Source of the DNA: Candidatus Hydrogenedentes bacterium UBA2224
GTDB lineage: Bacteria; Hydrogenedentota; Hydrogenedentia; Hydrogenedentales; SLHB01
Reading direction: 5' to 3'
Length of the DNA: 64,000 nucleotides
Assembly (NCBI GenBank): GCA_002348185.1
Contig: DDYW01000181.1
Span: 3,153 to 67,152 of the forward strand
In this document: positions 19,167 through 28,594 of the stretch, piece after piece
Numbering within the stretch: the first letter of the stretch is position 1
Layout of the letters: each line of letters starts with the position of its first letter
Made by a program: the position numbers and the translations under genes
The notes under the pieces: generated by a model
What the model was told of the DNA's origin: nothing
Seen by the model: the letters and a program-made list of their open reading frames with translations, nothing else
Databases searched by the model: none

Positions 19167-19207
19167 AACGGCTGGGCATGTTCCTCACGCCCAGCCGTTT
19201 GCTGTTT
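19167..19207. terminator. bidirectional intrinsic terminator between convergent genes
   Basis: A perfect 11-bp stem (AACGGCTGGGC at 19167-19177 pairing with GCCCAGCCGTT at 19189-19199) is followed by TGCTGTTTG on plus and preceded by an A-rich run (AAAAGACAAAG), which gives a T-rich tail on minus. Confidence 0.6.
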
Positions 19208-19248
19208 GAGATTCGGTTTCCGTGCGCCCCAGGCGCCCGGTTCCTGCC

Positions 19249-19941
19249 TCAGTTGTGCTTCCGCCGCAGCAAGCCTTTGAGAGCCAGACCGGCCATGCCC
19301 AGTCCCACAAGCGCCATCGAAGCCGGCTCGGGCACCGGCGCCGCGCCGTCCAATTCCCCAAAGTAACCGCAGACTATATTCGTGTACGTCCCATCACCGT
19401 TGGCATAGTAATTGGTTTGCGGCAGTCCGCTGAAGCCCAGCAGCAGCGTGACGGAGACCGGTTCTTCGATGGGGCTGAGATTGGCGTTACGATACGACAT
19501 GTAGCCGTTCGCGCTGTTGTTGTATTCGTCAAGCAGCGCCGTGACCTCCATTTCGAATTCAAAGTGCGTCACCAAGCCGGTATCCGGGTCCTTGGTGTAC
19601 TCGTACGTGTGGAAATGCCAGTCGGTGATATCGCCAATGTAGCTGGCCACACCCGCCTCGGCGTCCACGGGATCAAACCACGGCGCCGCCGGATCATTGC
19701 CGAAGGACACCCACCCCAGATAGCCGACATTCCCAACCGGATCGTACGCCTCAACGTACCACTGCGGGTGGCCATAAGCGAAAAACATGCCTATCGATCC
19801 CAGTTCATCGTCCCACAGGCTTCCCGCCCCAGTAACGATGCTCGGGTCCGTGAGCGAATTGTACGTGCCCCCCAACGGTGCGGCCACCGCGCTCCCCACA
19901 ACCAACAGACAGACAGCCAATGCAAGAACTGTGCTCTTCAT
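19249..19941 (-). CDS. PEP-CTERM-anchored secreted protein (exosortase substrate)
   Basis: The signal peptide is MKSTVLALAVCLLVVGSAVAAP. The C-terminus VPEPASMALVGLGMAGLALKGLLRRKHN has the PEP motif, a TM helix and a basic tail. A strong RBS AGAAGGAG is present. Confidence 0.85.
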   Translation of the reverse strand: MKSTVLALAVCLLVVGSAVAAPLGGTYNSLTDPSIVTGAGSLWDDELGSIGMFFAYGHPQWYVEAYDPVGNVGYLGWVSFGNDPAAPWFDPVDAEAGVASYIGDITDWHFHTYEYTKDPDTGLVTHFEFEMEVTALLDEYNNSANGYMSYRNANLSPIEEPVSVTLLLGFSGLPQTNYYANGDGTYTNIVCGYFGELDGAAPVPEPASMALVGLGMAGLALKGLLRRKHN

Positions 19942-20281
19942 CCCGAACTCCTTCTGTATTTTGGCCCGCGCAGACAGACACGGGCCTGACTCCCACCACT
20001 GTGGTAAGCAGCAAGATTCATACCCGAACGCGTAAGCATCACACGAGCGTTGGGGGGGAAAGAGTGTATACCGGATACCGTCCCATCTCGCTGCTCCGCG
20101 GGAATCTATCTAACTGACTGTCCGGCAATGCATTACCATAACTCGCTTATTACCTGACTCCCCATGCATTGTTCACTTGACGATAGAAATGTTCCGTACT
20201 CATGAAGACAGATGGTTATCAAGAACATTTGAATGTGAGGCAACTGGTGGGGCAACTGCCGGTCAAGTTAGTCAGAACTGA

Positions 20282-20309
20282 ATAATAGTTACGCACAGAT
20301 CTTTGTCAG
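20282..20309 (-). promoter_or_regulatory. candidate promoter far upstream of the PEP-CTERM gene
   Basis: On the minus strand: CTGACA (20309-20304), 16-nt spacer, TATTAT (20287-20282), inside an unusually AT-rich patch. If used, it implies a ~335-nt leader. Pattern match only. Confidence 0.25.
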
Positions 20310-20446
20310 AGATGACAAACCGACGCGGGTCTGGCTCGCCTGAGCCCAAAGAGAAGGGCCGCCTTCCCGGCACATTCCGAATTCACCAGACACTAACCCG
20401 CACACCGAACGGGGAGGATTGCCGACGAACCGGGGGCTTCTTAGAG

Positions 20447-21040
20447 TCAGGGATAAAGGCGGCGTAAAACCCAGTTTCCGTTCTCCGCCCGGATGTAGAG
20501 GACACGTTCGTGGAGCCGGTGGGGCATTTCCTGCCAGAACTCGATGCGCGCGGGTTTCAGGCGATAGCCCGACCAGAACGGGGGCCGTGGGACGTCCCGG
20601 TTTGCATAGCGCTGTTCAGTCTCCTGGAAGCGCCGAAGGAGTTCGTCCCGGTGCGTCAATTCAGCGGATTGGTCCGAGGCCCATGCGCCGAGCTGGCTTT
20701 CCCGGGGACGGCTTGCAAAATAGGCGTCGGCCTCCGCGTCGTCAACCGGCTCCACCCGACCCTCCACGCGGACCTGCCGGCCCAGCTCGCGCCAGTGAAA
20801 ACAGAGGGCGGCGCGGGGGTTTTCGGCAAGGTCGGCGGCTTTACGACTGTTCAGGTTGGTGTAGAACACAAACCCGTTCGCGTCGCAGTCCTTGAGCAGC
20901 ACCATGCGGACGGACGGCTGGGTCTCGGCATTCACGGTTGCGAGCGCCACGCATTCGGGGAGAGACACCCCTGTTTCGCGGGCTTCCCCCATCCAGGCCA
21001 GAAACATCGCGATCGGCTCGCCTGATACGGGTATCACCAT
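20447..21040 (-). CDS. pdxH: pyridoxamine 5'-phosphate oxidase
   Basis: The 197-aa length and the C-terminal IEFWQEMPHRLHERVLYIRAENGNWVLRRLYP are characteristic of PdxH. Confidence 0.85.
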   Translation of the reverse strand: MVIPVSGEPIAMFLAWMGEARETGVSLPECVALATVNAETQPSVRMVLLKDCDANGFVFYTNLNSRKAADLAENPRAALCFHWRELGRQVRVEGRVEPVDDAEADAYFASRPRESQLGAWASDQSAELTHRDELLRRFQETEQRYANRDVPRPPFWSGYRLKPARIEFWQEMPHRLHERVLYIRAENGNWVLRRLYP

Positions 21041-21086
21041 GCATCCACCTTGAGGTAAACCGTCCCGGCGGCCCGGCGCCGCGGGA

Positions 21087-22346
21087 TCACTTCACCAGCG
21101 CCGCTTCCCGGGAATCCGAACCGCGGGCCTCTTCCACCAGGCGCCCTGTGTCGGAGGCAATGACCAGTTCCTCATCCGTGGGGATGACCAGCACGCGCAC
21201 CTTCGAATCGGCCGTGGCGATGTCCGTCGCGGACCGGGCGTTTTTCTCGGGGTCGATTTTCAGCCCGAGATAGTTGGCATTCTGTAGAATGCGCGCGCGC
21301 ATGGCCGCCCCGTTTTCCCCGATGCCGCCTGTGAACACGATGGCGTCCACGCCGTTCATCACCATGGCGTAACTGCCGATATAGCGGGCGACGCGATAGG
21401 AAAACATATTCAGAGCGAGTTCACTGGCGGCCTCGCCTTCGGCGGCGAGACGCTCGATGTCGCGCACGTCGGCCTTCCCGCAGATGCCTTTGAGCCCGCT
21501 CATTTTGTTCAGGGTCGCATCGACCTCGTCGGCGCTCATCCCCAGCTCCCGAATGAGGAAGAGCGGGATGGCCGGGTCCAGGTCGCCGGACCGGGTGCCC
21601 ATCATGACGCCTTCGAGCGGGGTCAATCCCATGCTGGTATCCACCGATTTCCCGCCTTTGACGGCCGTGATGCTGCACCCATTGCCCAGGTGGCAGGTGA
21701 TGACCCGGGTCTTGTCCGCGGGTTTGTCCAACAGCTCGATGGCCTTTTGCGAGACGTAGCGGTGCGAGGTGCCGTGGAATCCGTACCGGCGCACGCCATG
21801 CTGTTTATAGAAGTCCATGGGAATGCCATAGAGATAGGCGTTCCGGGGAATGGTGTGGTGGAATGCCGTATCAAACACCGCCACCTGCGGGGTGTTCTTG
21901 AAAATCTTCTCGCAGGCTTCGATGCCGAGAATGGCGGGCGGATTGTGCAACGGCGCCAGTTTCGCGCATTTCCGGATCCCTGCCAGGACCGCGTCGTCGA
22001 TGATCGTCGACCCCGTGAACTCTTCGCCGCCATGAACGACGCGGTGGCCGATCCCCTCGATTTCCGAAAGGTCGCTGACGATGCCGCACGTGTCGCTCAT
22101 GAGCAGTTTGCAGAGGGCATGGATCGCGTCGGAGTGGTTCTTGATCTCCAGTCCATGGGGTCCCCGCAGGATCTCCTGACTGGCGCAGGCTTCCCATTTC
22201 GTCAGGCAGCACCCGCAGTTCATGATGGGACCCGACAAGCCGATGCGTTCTATCATTCCCTTGGCGATGGCCTGGGGCGACGTACCGTATTCGTACACCT
22301 TGTATTTGACCGACGAGGACCCGCTGTTAATCACAAGAACCTTCAT
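21087..22346 (-). CDS. ackA: acetate kinase
   Basis: The ATG at 22346 follows GGAGAAAGG and gives MKVLVINSGSSSVKYKVY. Motifs HRVVHGG, GFHGTSH, CHLGNGCS and FTGGIGEN follow. The longer listed ORF (to 22835) is an Arg/Trp-rich extension overlapping pta. Confidence 0.95.
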   Translation of the reverse strand: MKVLVINSGSSSVKYKVYEYGTSPQAIAKGMIERIGLSGPIMNCGCCLTKWEACASQEILRGPHGLEIKNHSDAIHALCKLLMSDTCGIVSDLSEIEGIGHRVVHGGEEFTGSTIIDDAVLAGIRKCAKLAPLHNPPAILGIEACEKIFKNTPQVAVFDTAFHHTIPRNAYLYGIPMDFYKQHGVRRYGFHGTSHRYVSQKAIELLDKPADKTRVITCHLGNGCSITAVKGGKSVDTSMGLTPLEGVMMGTRSGDLDPAIPLFLIRELGMSADEVDATLNKMSGLKGICGKADVRDIERLAAEGEAASELALNMFSYRVARYIGSYAMVMNGVDAIVFTGGIGENGAAMRARILQNANYLGLKIDPEKNARSATDIATADSKVRVLVIPTDEELVIASDTGRLVEEARGSDSREAALVK

Positions 22347-22407
22347 AAAGCCTTTCTCCAGAGCCCAATCCGCAATACATTCGGAATAGACGAACGGGAC
22401 GCGCCCT

Positions 22408-23406
22408 TTATTGTAACACCTGGCTCTGCACCACCGTGATGGCGGCCACACCCACGATATCTTCGGGCGTGCAGCCTCGCGACAGATCATTGATCGGCAG
22501 CCGGGTGCCCTGGATGATGGGACCGTAGGCCTCGGCCCCGCCGAGATACTGCACCAGCTTGTACGCGATGTTGCCCGCGTCCAGATTCGGGAAGACCAGC
22601 ACTTTCGCATGCCCCGCCACTTCGCTGTTCGGCGCCTTGCTGCGGCCGACGCGTTCCGAAAGCGCCGCATCTCCCTGGAGTTCCCCGTCGATCCGGACTT
22701 TCGAGTCCGGTCCAAACACCTCCAGCGCCCGCTGTTGCGCCAGCGCCGTGGCCTTGACCACTTTCTGCGTGAGCGGACTCTTCGCCGACCCTTTGGTGGA
22801 GTAGGAAAGCATCGCCACCGTCGGCTCGATGTCAAACGTCATCGCGGACTGGGCCGTTGCCACGGCAATCTCGGCCAACTGCTCTTCATTCGGGTCCTCG
22901 ACCAGGCCGCTGTCCGCGAACAGATACGTCACATCCTCGAACGCCATAAAGAAAAACGCCGAGGCCAGCCGTGCCCCCGGCGCGGTCTTGAGAATCTGCA
23001 GCGCCGGCCGCAGCGTGTCGCTGGTGGAATGCGACGCGCCCGCCACGAGTCCCTGGGCCTTCCCTTTCTGCAGAAGCATTATCCCGTGCGGGATGTATTG
23101 CTGCATGGCGGCCCGGGCCTGCTCTTCCGTGATCCCCTTGTGCTTTCGCATTTCGTAGTATTCCTGGGCGAATTCATCGGCCCAGGGCGCCGTCAACGGG
23201 TCCACGATCTCGAACTCTTCGGTAATCCCGAGCCCCTTGAGTTTTTTCGACACGGCGTCCGCAGCGCCAATCAGGGTCACCGGCGCAATCTTCCGCGCCT
23301 GAATCTCCTTCGCCGCCTTCAATACGCGCTCGTCTTCCGTCTCCGGCAATACGATGGTTCGCGGATTGGCTTGCGCCCTCTCGATGACCCGGTCAATGAA
23401 CCCCAT
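22408..23406 (-). CDS. pta: phosphate acetyltransferase (short form)
   Basis: MGFIDRVIERAQANPRTIVLPETEDERVLKAA...GDAALSERV...AGNIAYKLVQ. The 332-aa length is typical and it lies directly upstream of ackA. Confidence 0.9.
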   Translation of the reverse strand: MGFIDRVIERAQANPRTIVLPETEDERVLKAAKEIQARKIAPVTLIGAADAVSKKLKGLGITEEFEIVDPLTAPWADEFAQEYYEMRKHKGITEEQARAAMQQYIPHGIMLLQKGKAQGLVAGASHSTSDTLRPALQILKTAPGARLASAFFFMAFEDVTYLFADSGLVEDPNEEQLAEIAVATAQSAMTFDIEPTVAMLSYSTKGSAKSPLTQKVVKATALAQQRALEVFGPDSKVRIDGELQGDAALSERVGRSKAPNSEVAGHAKVLVFPNLDAGNIAYKLVQYLGGAEAYGPIIQGTRLPINDLSRGCTPEDIVGVAAITVVQSQVLQ

Positions 23407-23630
23407 GTCTCACACACCCTTTCTTGACAGCTCCCTGAACACAACCCACCCACAGAAAACGGTTCCCAGAATAGAGGGTGCTATCGCGTACGCGCCGCCG
23501 CGTGTGGAATTCGGGCAGCCGCCTCCATTGAGACTTGAACCCTGCGCATTCCCGGCAAATCACAGTCCGGACTCACCATATTCGAAACAGGGACAACAAA
23601 ACGTAGTCTAGAACAATGCCAAAAGCAGTG

Positions 23631-25253
23631 TCAACGTAGCCCCGGAACCCCTGCCGCACGCGCGATATGCCGCAAGCAACGCGCATGATCGACCGACGGC
23701 TGGATCAGACAGACGCACAGTTCGCGCAGCGCCTCGTCGTCCAGGGCATCCAGTCGCAGCGCATTCCGGGCGCGCCCGGGGGTGCGGAAGGCCCACAGCA
23801 ATTCCCCGGCATACGGCGGGCGCACGATTTCCTTCTTGGGCTTGCCGCGTTTGATCTGGCTGAGCGACTTTTCCAGGCGTTCGGCCGATGCGCCCGGCAG
23901 CCCCTCGAGACTGGCCATTCCGTCGTGCGCGAGGTTCACCACCGCCGGTTCAATCAGCAGCGGCATGAGCCAGCGCTCCAGCTCGTTTTCGAGAATCCCG
24001 CCCAGCAGAAACTCCTCAGGCAGAGGCTGGCTGCCGCTCTTCAAGACGCGCAGCATCTGCCGCGACTGCTCCGAGAAGCGCTCCCATCCCGGAAGCCAGG
24101 CGTCCAGAGCCTCCCCCACGCGGTCCGGAATGGTCAGAGTCAGCAGCATGCCGTTCTTTTCGGCGAGGCATTCCACGGTTCCCCCGTGAAATTCCTGAAT
24201 GCCACGGCGGATGGAGGCAAGATAGACCGTCTCGCCCGCGGCGCACTGGGTGCCCTCCATCTCGATGAGGCTGGAGACCTGGCGCGCGTCGGCGTCGTAA
24301 TCCACCATGAACGCCACCCGGCCGCCGCGGGGCAGGATCATGAAGGCATGCTGAACCGCGCCCTGCCAGACTCGGGCAAGCACCGGCCGCGTCATCAGAA
24401 TGGGAGGGATCTCCCGCTCCGCAAACACGTCCACCGCGATGGCGCGCTCCCCCGCCTCGGAAGTGTTCAGGGAGACGACATTGCGGATGCTGCGCAGGAC
24501 ATCCGCGGGGCCGGGCCGCGCAGGGCCGTCAAGCAGGGAAAGACAGGCTTCCGCCTGCGCAAGGCCGCCGGTCCACACAGGGGCCGCCTGCGGGCCGCTG
24601 TCTTGAGCGGCCTGGCACGCCTTGATCGCCCGACCCAGCTTTGATACGCATTCGACCAGCGGAACGAGGCTCTCGTCCGAGACTTCCGGTTCGCGCATGC
24701 CCTGCATCCGAAGTTCCAGCCCCGACGGTGTACGGCGGATCCGGCCCCCGCGGGTCGCGACCGTCCAGCGTTCGCAGAGCGTCTCGAAGGTCACGGGGAG
24801 GTCGCCTCCCACGCGCAGGCGCTCGGGAAACGCGCCGGGGCCATCCAGGGTCAGGGTAATGCGCGGGATTCCCTCTTCCTCAAACAACTCCGCCAGGAGC
24901 ACCGCGTCTTCGTAGAGCTGCACGCCGTCCAGCAGCGTCGACAGGCACGCCCACGCCTGCGCCGGGTCGCATACACAGGACGGTACGGCATCCGTCACCA
25001 TGGCGCACCGATCGTTCTCGAGGTGTTCCGCGTGCGCCTTCAGCCACGCGGCGGGGTCGCAGGTCTCGTAGACGGGCGGCCGGAAAATGTCGAGATAGAG
25101 CCGGGCGGATGCCAGCGGCCTCAGAACATCCGCACAATCCTCCGGCGTGCTGGAGGGATCAACGCTTCGCGCCGCAAGCGATTCGCGAACCCGCGCGATG
25201 GCCGGTTCGATTATGGTGGCCGTCGTGTGCATGGCGTGGCTCAGTGTACGCAT
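23631..25253 (-). CDS. hypothetical protein, weakly histidine-kinase/GHKL-like (degenerate)
   Basis: The 540-aa ORF has ordinary composition and no competing ORF. Segments ARVWQGAVQHAFMILPRGGRVAFMV and IQEFHGGTVECLAEKNGMLLTLTIP resemble HATPase_c N-box and C-terminal strands. I see no H-box and no G1/G2 boxes. The start could be 25253 or 25232. Confidence 0.5.
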   Translation of the reverse strand: MRTLSHAMHTTATIIEPAIARVRESLAARSVDPSSTPEDCADVLRPLASARLYLDIFRPPVYETCDPAAWLKAHAEHLENDRCAMVTDAVPSCVCDPAQAWACLSTLLDGVQLYEDAVLLAELFEEEGIPRITLTLDGPGAFPERLRVGGDLPVTFETLCERWTVATRGGRIRRTPSGLELRMQGMREPEVSDESLVPLVECVSKLGRAIKACQAAQDSGPQAAPVWTGGLAQAEACLSLLDGPARPGPADVLRSIRNVVSLNTSEAGERAIAVDVFAEREIPPILMTRPVLARVWQGAVQHAFMILPRGGRVAFMVDYDADARQVSSLIEMEGTQCAAGETVYLASIRRGIQEFHGGTVECLAEKNGMLLTLTIPDRVGEALDAWLPGWERFSEQSRQMLRVLKSGSQPLPEEFLLGGILENELERWLMPLLIEPAVVNLAHDGMASLEGLPGASAERLEKSLSQIKRGKPKKEIVRPPYAGELLWAFRTPGRARNALRLDALDDEALRELCVCLIQPSVDHARCLRHIARAAGVPGLR

Positions 25254-25279
25254 CCCGCTGGCGCTGTTCCAGCGTGTTT

Positions 25280-25308
25280 TTGCATGCCGCGCCTCAAAGG
25301 CTTAGAGT
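25280..25308 (+). promoter_or_regulatory. candidate sigma70-type promoter for the DUF4432-like gene
   Basis: TTGCAT (25280-25285), 17-nt spacer, TAGAGT (25303-25308), about 40 nt upstream of the ATG at 25350. Confidence 0.4.
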
Positions 25309-25349
25309 ATCGGTCAATACAACAGCCATTCCATGCGGAGGGAGTCACC

Positions 25350-26483
25350 ATGGAAATCTACGGAAAGAAATACAGCACGAAAGAACTGCGCACGCGCGTG
25401 GGCAACATGGACCAGATTGCGGGCATCCGGACCGTTCAACTGGATGACGGCAACGAACGGCCGACCCGCGCGGCGATCATTCATACCGGAGCGGGACTCG
25501 AGCTCACCGTGCTCCTGGACCGCTGTCTCGACATCTCCGCCGCGTCCTTCAACGGCAAAGCCATGGGCTGGCGTTCCACCACGGGCGATGTGGCCCCGCA
25601 GTATTATGAGGCCGAGTGGCTCCGGTGGCTGCGCAGCTATTTCGGCGGGCTGGTCACGACCTGCGGCCTGATGAACGTGGGCGCTCCCGACGAGGCCAGC
25701 GCCCTCCGGGGCACCGGCCTCCACGGCCGCATCGGCAACACCCCCGCAAAGAACATCAAAATCACCCAGGAATGGCAGGGCAACGACTACGTCCTGAGCG
25801 TCTCGGGGACCATGCGCGAGACGGTCGTCTTCGGCGAGAACCTGACCCTGACGCGCACCGTATCGACCCGGCTCGGTGAGAAACGGTTCTGGATTCACGA
25901 TGTCGTGACCAACGACGGGTTCAAACCGGCGAAGTACATGCTGCTCTACCACTGCAACATCGGCTGGCCCGTGGTCGACCAGGGCTCCGAGATCATCGCC
26001 CCCAGCCGGTATGCCGCTCCGCGCGACGCCGAGGCCGAGGCCGGAAAACAGGACTGGTACAAGCTTGATCCGCCGACCCACGGGTACCGGGAAAAGGTCT
26101 ATTACCACGACATGGCGGCAGACCCCCGCGGCAACGTCACAGCCGCCATTGTCAACAGCGGGTTCAAGGGCAAGGGCGAAGGTATCGGCGTGTACCTCAA
26201 ATACAACAAGAAGGAACTGCCCCGCTTCGCCGAATGGAAACAGATGGGCGAGCAGGATTACGTGGTCGGCTTCGAGCCCTGCAATTGCGGCGTCGAGGGC
26301 CGCGCCGTTGACGACAAACTGGGTCTCCTCCACGCGCTCCGGCCCGGCCAGAGCCAGGACGTGCATCTTGAATTCGGCGCGTTGACCCGCGCCAGCGAAG
26401 TCGCTGCCCTTCGAAAGGCCTGCGGCAGGGTCAAGACGGAAATCGTGGACAGTTACAAGCGCTTCGTCAAGAAACCCCGGTAG
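25350..26483 (+). CDS. aldose 1-epimerase-like (DUF4432-type) protein
   Basis: The ATG at 25350 follows GGAGGGAG. GIRTVQLDDGNE...DRCLDISAASFNGKAMGW...GGLVTTCGLMNVGAP...GLHGRIGNTPA...LLYHCNIGWPV matches my recollection of the DUF4432/galactose-mutarotase-like family. Confidence 0.7.
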   Translation: MEIYGKKYSTKELRTRVGNMDQIAGIRTVQLDDGNERPTRAAIIHTGAGLELTVLLDRCLDISAASFNGKAMGWRSTTGDVAPQYYEAEWLRWLRSYFGGLVTTCGLMNVGAPDEASALRGTGLHGRIGNTPAKNIKITQEWQGNDYVLSVSGTMRETVVFGENLTLTRTVSTRLGEKRFWIHDVVTNDGFKPAKYMLLYHCNIGWPVVDQGSEIIAPSRYAAPRDAEAEAGKQDWYKLDPPTHGYREKVYYHDMAADPRGNVTAAIVNSGFKGKGEGIGVYLKYNKKELPRFAEWKQMGEQDYVVGFEPCNCGVEGRAVDDKLGLLHALRPGQSQDVHLEFGALTRASEVAALRKACGRVKTEIVDSYKRFVKKPR

Positions 26484-26505
26484 CTGTCCCGCGCTGGATA
26501 CCTGG

Positions 26506-26545
26506 GGCGCCTCTCCTGTCAGTTATCGGGAGAGGCGCCTCCCTT
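26506..26545 (+). terminator. intrinsic terminator after the DUF4432-like gene
   Basis: An 11-bp stem (GGCGCCTCTCC at 26506-26516 pairing with GGAGAGGCGCC at 26529-26539) is followed by TCCCTTTC. Confidence 0.5.
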
Positions 26546-28099
26546 TCACCCCGCTCCGCGGGTGTTCGTGGCCGCAGCCGCGTCCGTCGCGTCTCCGAAC
26601 AGGCCTTCGAGAGCCCGGGCCGCCCCGGCGCGCGACCAGTTCCACGTGCGCCAGCCGTCGTCGGCCTGCCTGTGCCGTTGGCGCATCAATCCGTCGCGCA
26701 GAATGACAGCGTCGCGCTCCCGCAGGGTGTCCAGCCCGGCCACAAGCGCCGGGACGGCATCGGCCCCCAGTGAGAGCGCATACCGCGCGTCAAAGGACTT
26801 TCCCTCAGCGATGCGGGCAAGATTCCACGACACGATGATATGGCCCGGGTTCATGGCATGAAACGCCACTACGAACACGAGTCCGCTCAGCACCATGCCC
26901 ACCGTAAACCGCTTTGCCCGCCCCCACAGCGCCGTAACGGCAAACCACGCCAGCGAGAGGCCGATCCAGACCATAAACGCCGTGGAATAGAACCGCAGCT
27001 GGGTCAGTCCATACGCCTCGACGTACAGATGCATGCGCATCAACGCGCTGACCATGATCACCGCCACCAGCAGCAGCATGAGCACCGACAACAGCCGGCA
27101 CACCGTCTTCCCGCGCGGCGTTCCTCCGCGGGACAGCCAATGAAAGAAGTACTGCAGGAGCAGCGTCAAAACGGTCACTGCGCACAGCTCGAAGAAGCCG
27201 CGCCGCGCATACTCGGCGTAGGTAAGTTCCGCAACGGACTCGATCCGGCCGCTCCCCCCGAAGAAATACTGGAACTGGACCGCCACAAAGGCCAGGAACA
27301 GCGCATCCACCGCACCGAACACGATCGCCGCCTCGATCCCGCCGGTCTGGATGTCCCGAAGCGTCTCTTCGTCCGGCATGTACCGGGCAACCCCGGAGAC
27401 CACCGCGCAGAGCAGTCCCGCGGCCAGATAGGCACTCAACGCGAGCGCGGCCACGTGGCGCGGCAGGAACTCGAGGTCAAACGAGAACATCCTGCTCATC
27501 AGGTCGCCGAACGCGCGGTCGGCCGACGCAAACAGCAGCGTAAACACGGCGAGGATCGGAATCGCCAGCAGCAGGCCCCGCAACAGGGCGGCGAGCCAGG
27601 GCTTCCGCAACGCGTCCCCCCGCCATTTTCGCGGGTCGGCCGCGGTCAGTGCGCGCCACCCCCCCAAGAGAATCCTGGCGGTCCCCCGCAGGAGCGCGCC
27701 GAAATACTCCAGAAATGATGCGAGAGCCGGGGCGAATCCTCCAACCACACCGGCGGCCAGGGCCGCGCTCGCCAGCGAACAGCCAGCGGCAAGCCATTTG
27801 AGATAAACGCTGTCCCGCCAGGCCAGGCAAAGCCCGAACGCGGCGCTCGCGGCCAGGAAGACGGCGGTCCAGGCCGGCAGCCGCCGTTCACGCCAGTGCA
27901 AGAGCCCCGCCGCGCACGCCAGCACCGCCACGGCCCACAGGGCGGCATTCAGCCCGTAGGGCACGGCGCGCAGCAGGATGTCGCCGAGCACTCCCAGGAC
28001 GAGCGCTGCGGGAAAGACCCGGTACGCCAGCGTGGCGGGCTGGTCCCAGGCCGTCGCGGTGGCCGCCTCCTCATAGGAAAGATCGTCCTCCGGTGTCAT
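26546..28099 (-). CDS. large polytopic membrane protein (possibly DUF4153/DUF4173-like)
   Basis: About 14 hydrophobic segments. The ATG at 28099 (MTPEDDLSYEE) follows AAGGAGTGCGGGAG. The alternative start at 28159 is listed in the track. The family name is from memory only. Confidence 0.6.
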   Translation of the reverse strand: MTPEDDLSYEEAATATAWDQPATLAYRVFPAALVLGVLGDILLRAVPYGLNAALWAVAVLACAAGLLHWRERRLPAWTAVFLAASAAFGLCLAWRDSVYLKWLAAGCSLASAALAAGVVGGFAPALASFLEYFGALLRGTARILLGGWRALTAADPRKWRGDALRKPWLAALLRGLLLAIPILAVFTLLFASADRAFGDLMSRMFSFDLEFLPRHVAALALSAYLAAGLLCAVVSGVARYMPDEETLRDIQTGGIEAAIVFGAVDALFLAFVAVQFQYFFGGSGRIESVAELTYAEYARRGFFELCAVTVLTLLLQYFFHWLSRGGTPRGKTVCRLLSVLMLLLVAVIMVSALMRMHLYVEAYGLTQLRFYSTAFMVWIGLSLAWFAVTALWGRAKRFTVGMVLSGLVFVVAFHAMNPGHIIVSWNLARIAEGKSFDARYALSLGADAVPALVAGLDTLRERDAVILRDGLMRQRHRQADDGWRTWNWSRAGAARALEGLFGDATDAAAATNTRGAG

Positions 28100-28180
28100 C
28101 ACTCCCGCACTCCTTATGCTGGCTCCCAAAGAACCTTGCGATACAAAGCCCACGCGCAAAAAAAAGGAGCCCTGTGCCGG

Positions 28181-28570
28181 TCACTTTTTCCGGACCGCCT
28201 TGATTAGGGCTTCCATGTGGCTCAGGTAGTGTTCGAGCGCCTTCCGCCCCCTGGGCGTGATGCGGTATTCGGTTTTCGGCATCCTTCCCTGGAACGATTT
28301 CGTACACTGGATGTACTCGGCTTCTTCCAGCTTGCGGGCGTGCACGCTCAGGTTGCCGTCGCTTGTCCCGATCAACTGTTTGAGTTCTTTGAACGTCAGG
28401 GCGTCGTTCACGGCCAGCGCGCTCACGATCGCGAGCCGGATCCGTTCGTGGATGATGCGCTCCATCGGCTCCGAACCGCTCCGGCGCTCCGGACCCTGGA
28501 TAGCTTCCCGCAGCCTTGACCTCTTGTCTTCCGCCCCCCCCGCCTTCTCTGCCGCGTTTTGTCTCGCCAT
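28181..28570 (-). CDS. winged-helix transcriptional regulator (HTH_34/ArsR-like small regulator)
   Basis: IHERIRLAIVSALAVNDALTFKELKQLIGTSDGNLSVHARKLEEAEYI...KTEYRITPRGRKAL is the typical wHTH pattern. GGGAGA lies upstream of the ATG at 28570. A shorter start at 28465 is possible. Confidence 0.7.
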   Translation of the reverse strand: MARQNAAEKAGGAEDKRSRLREAIQGPERRSGSEPMERIIHERIRLAIVSALAVNDALTFKELKQLIGTSDGNLSVHARKLEEAEYIQCTKSFQGRMPKTEYRITPRGRKALEHYLSHMEALIKAVRKK

Positions 28571-28594
28571 CTTCCGTCTCCCGGTACCGGCGGA

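Noticed and set aside
20100-20330. AT-rich island considered as a remnant of a mobile element or prophage att site
   Set aside because: There are no terminal inverted or direct repeats, no tRNA and no integrase or transposase nearby. It is treated as a regulatory or leader region instead.
22347-22835. N-terminal 163-codon extension of the acetate kinase ORF
   Set aside because: The extension is Arg/Trp/Ser-rich and overlaps the 3' part of pta. The canonical MKVLVINSGSSS start with an RBS lies at 22346.
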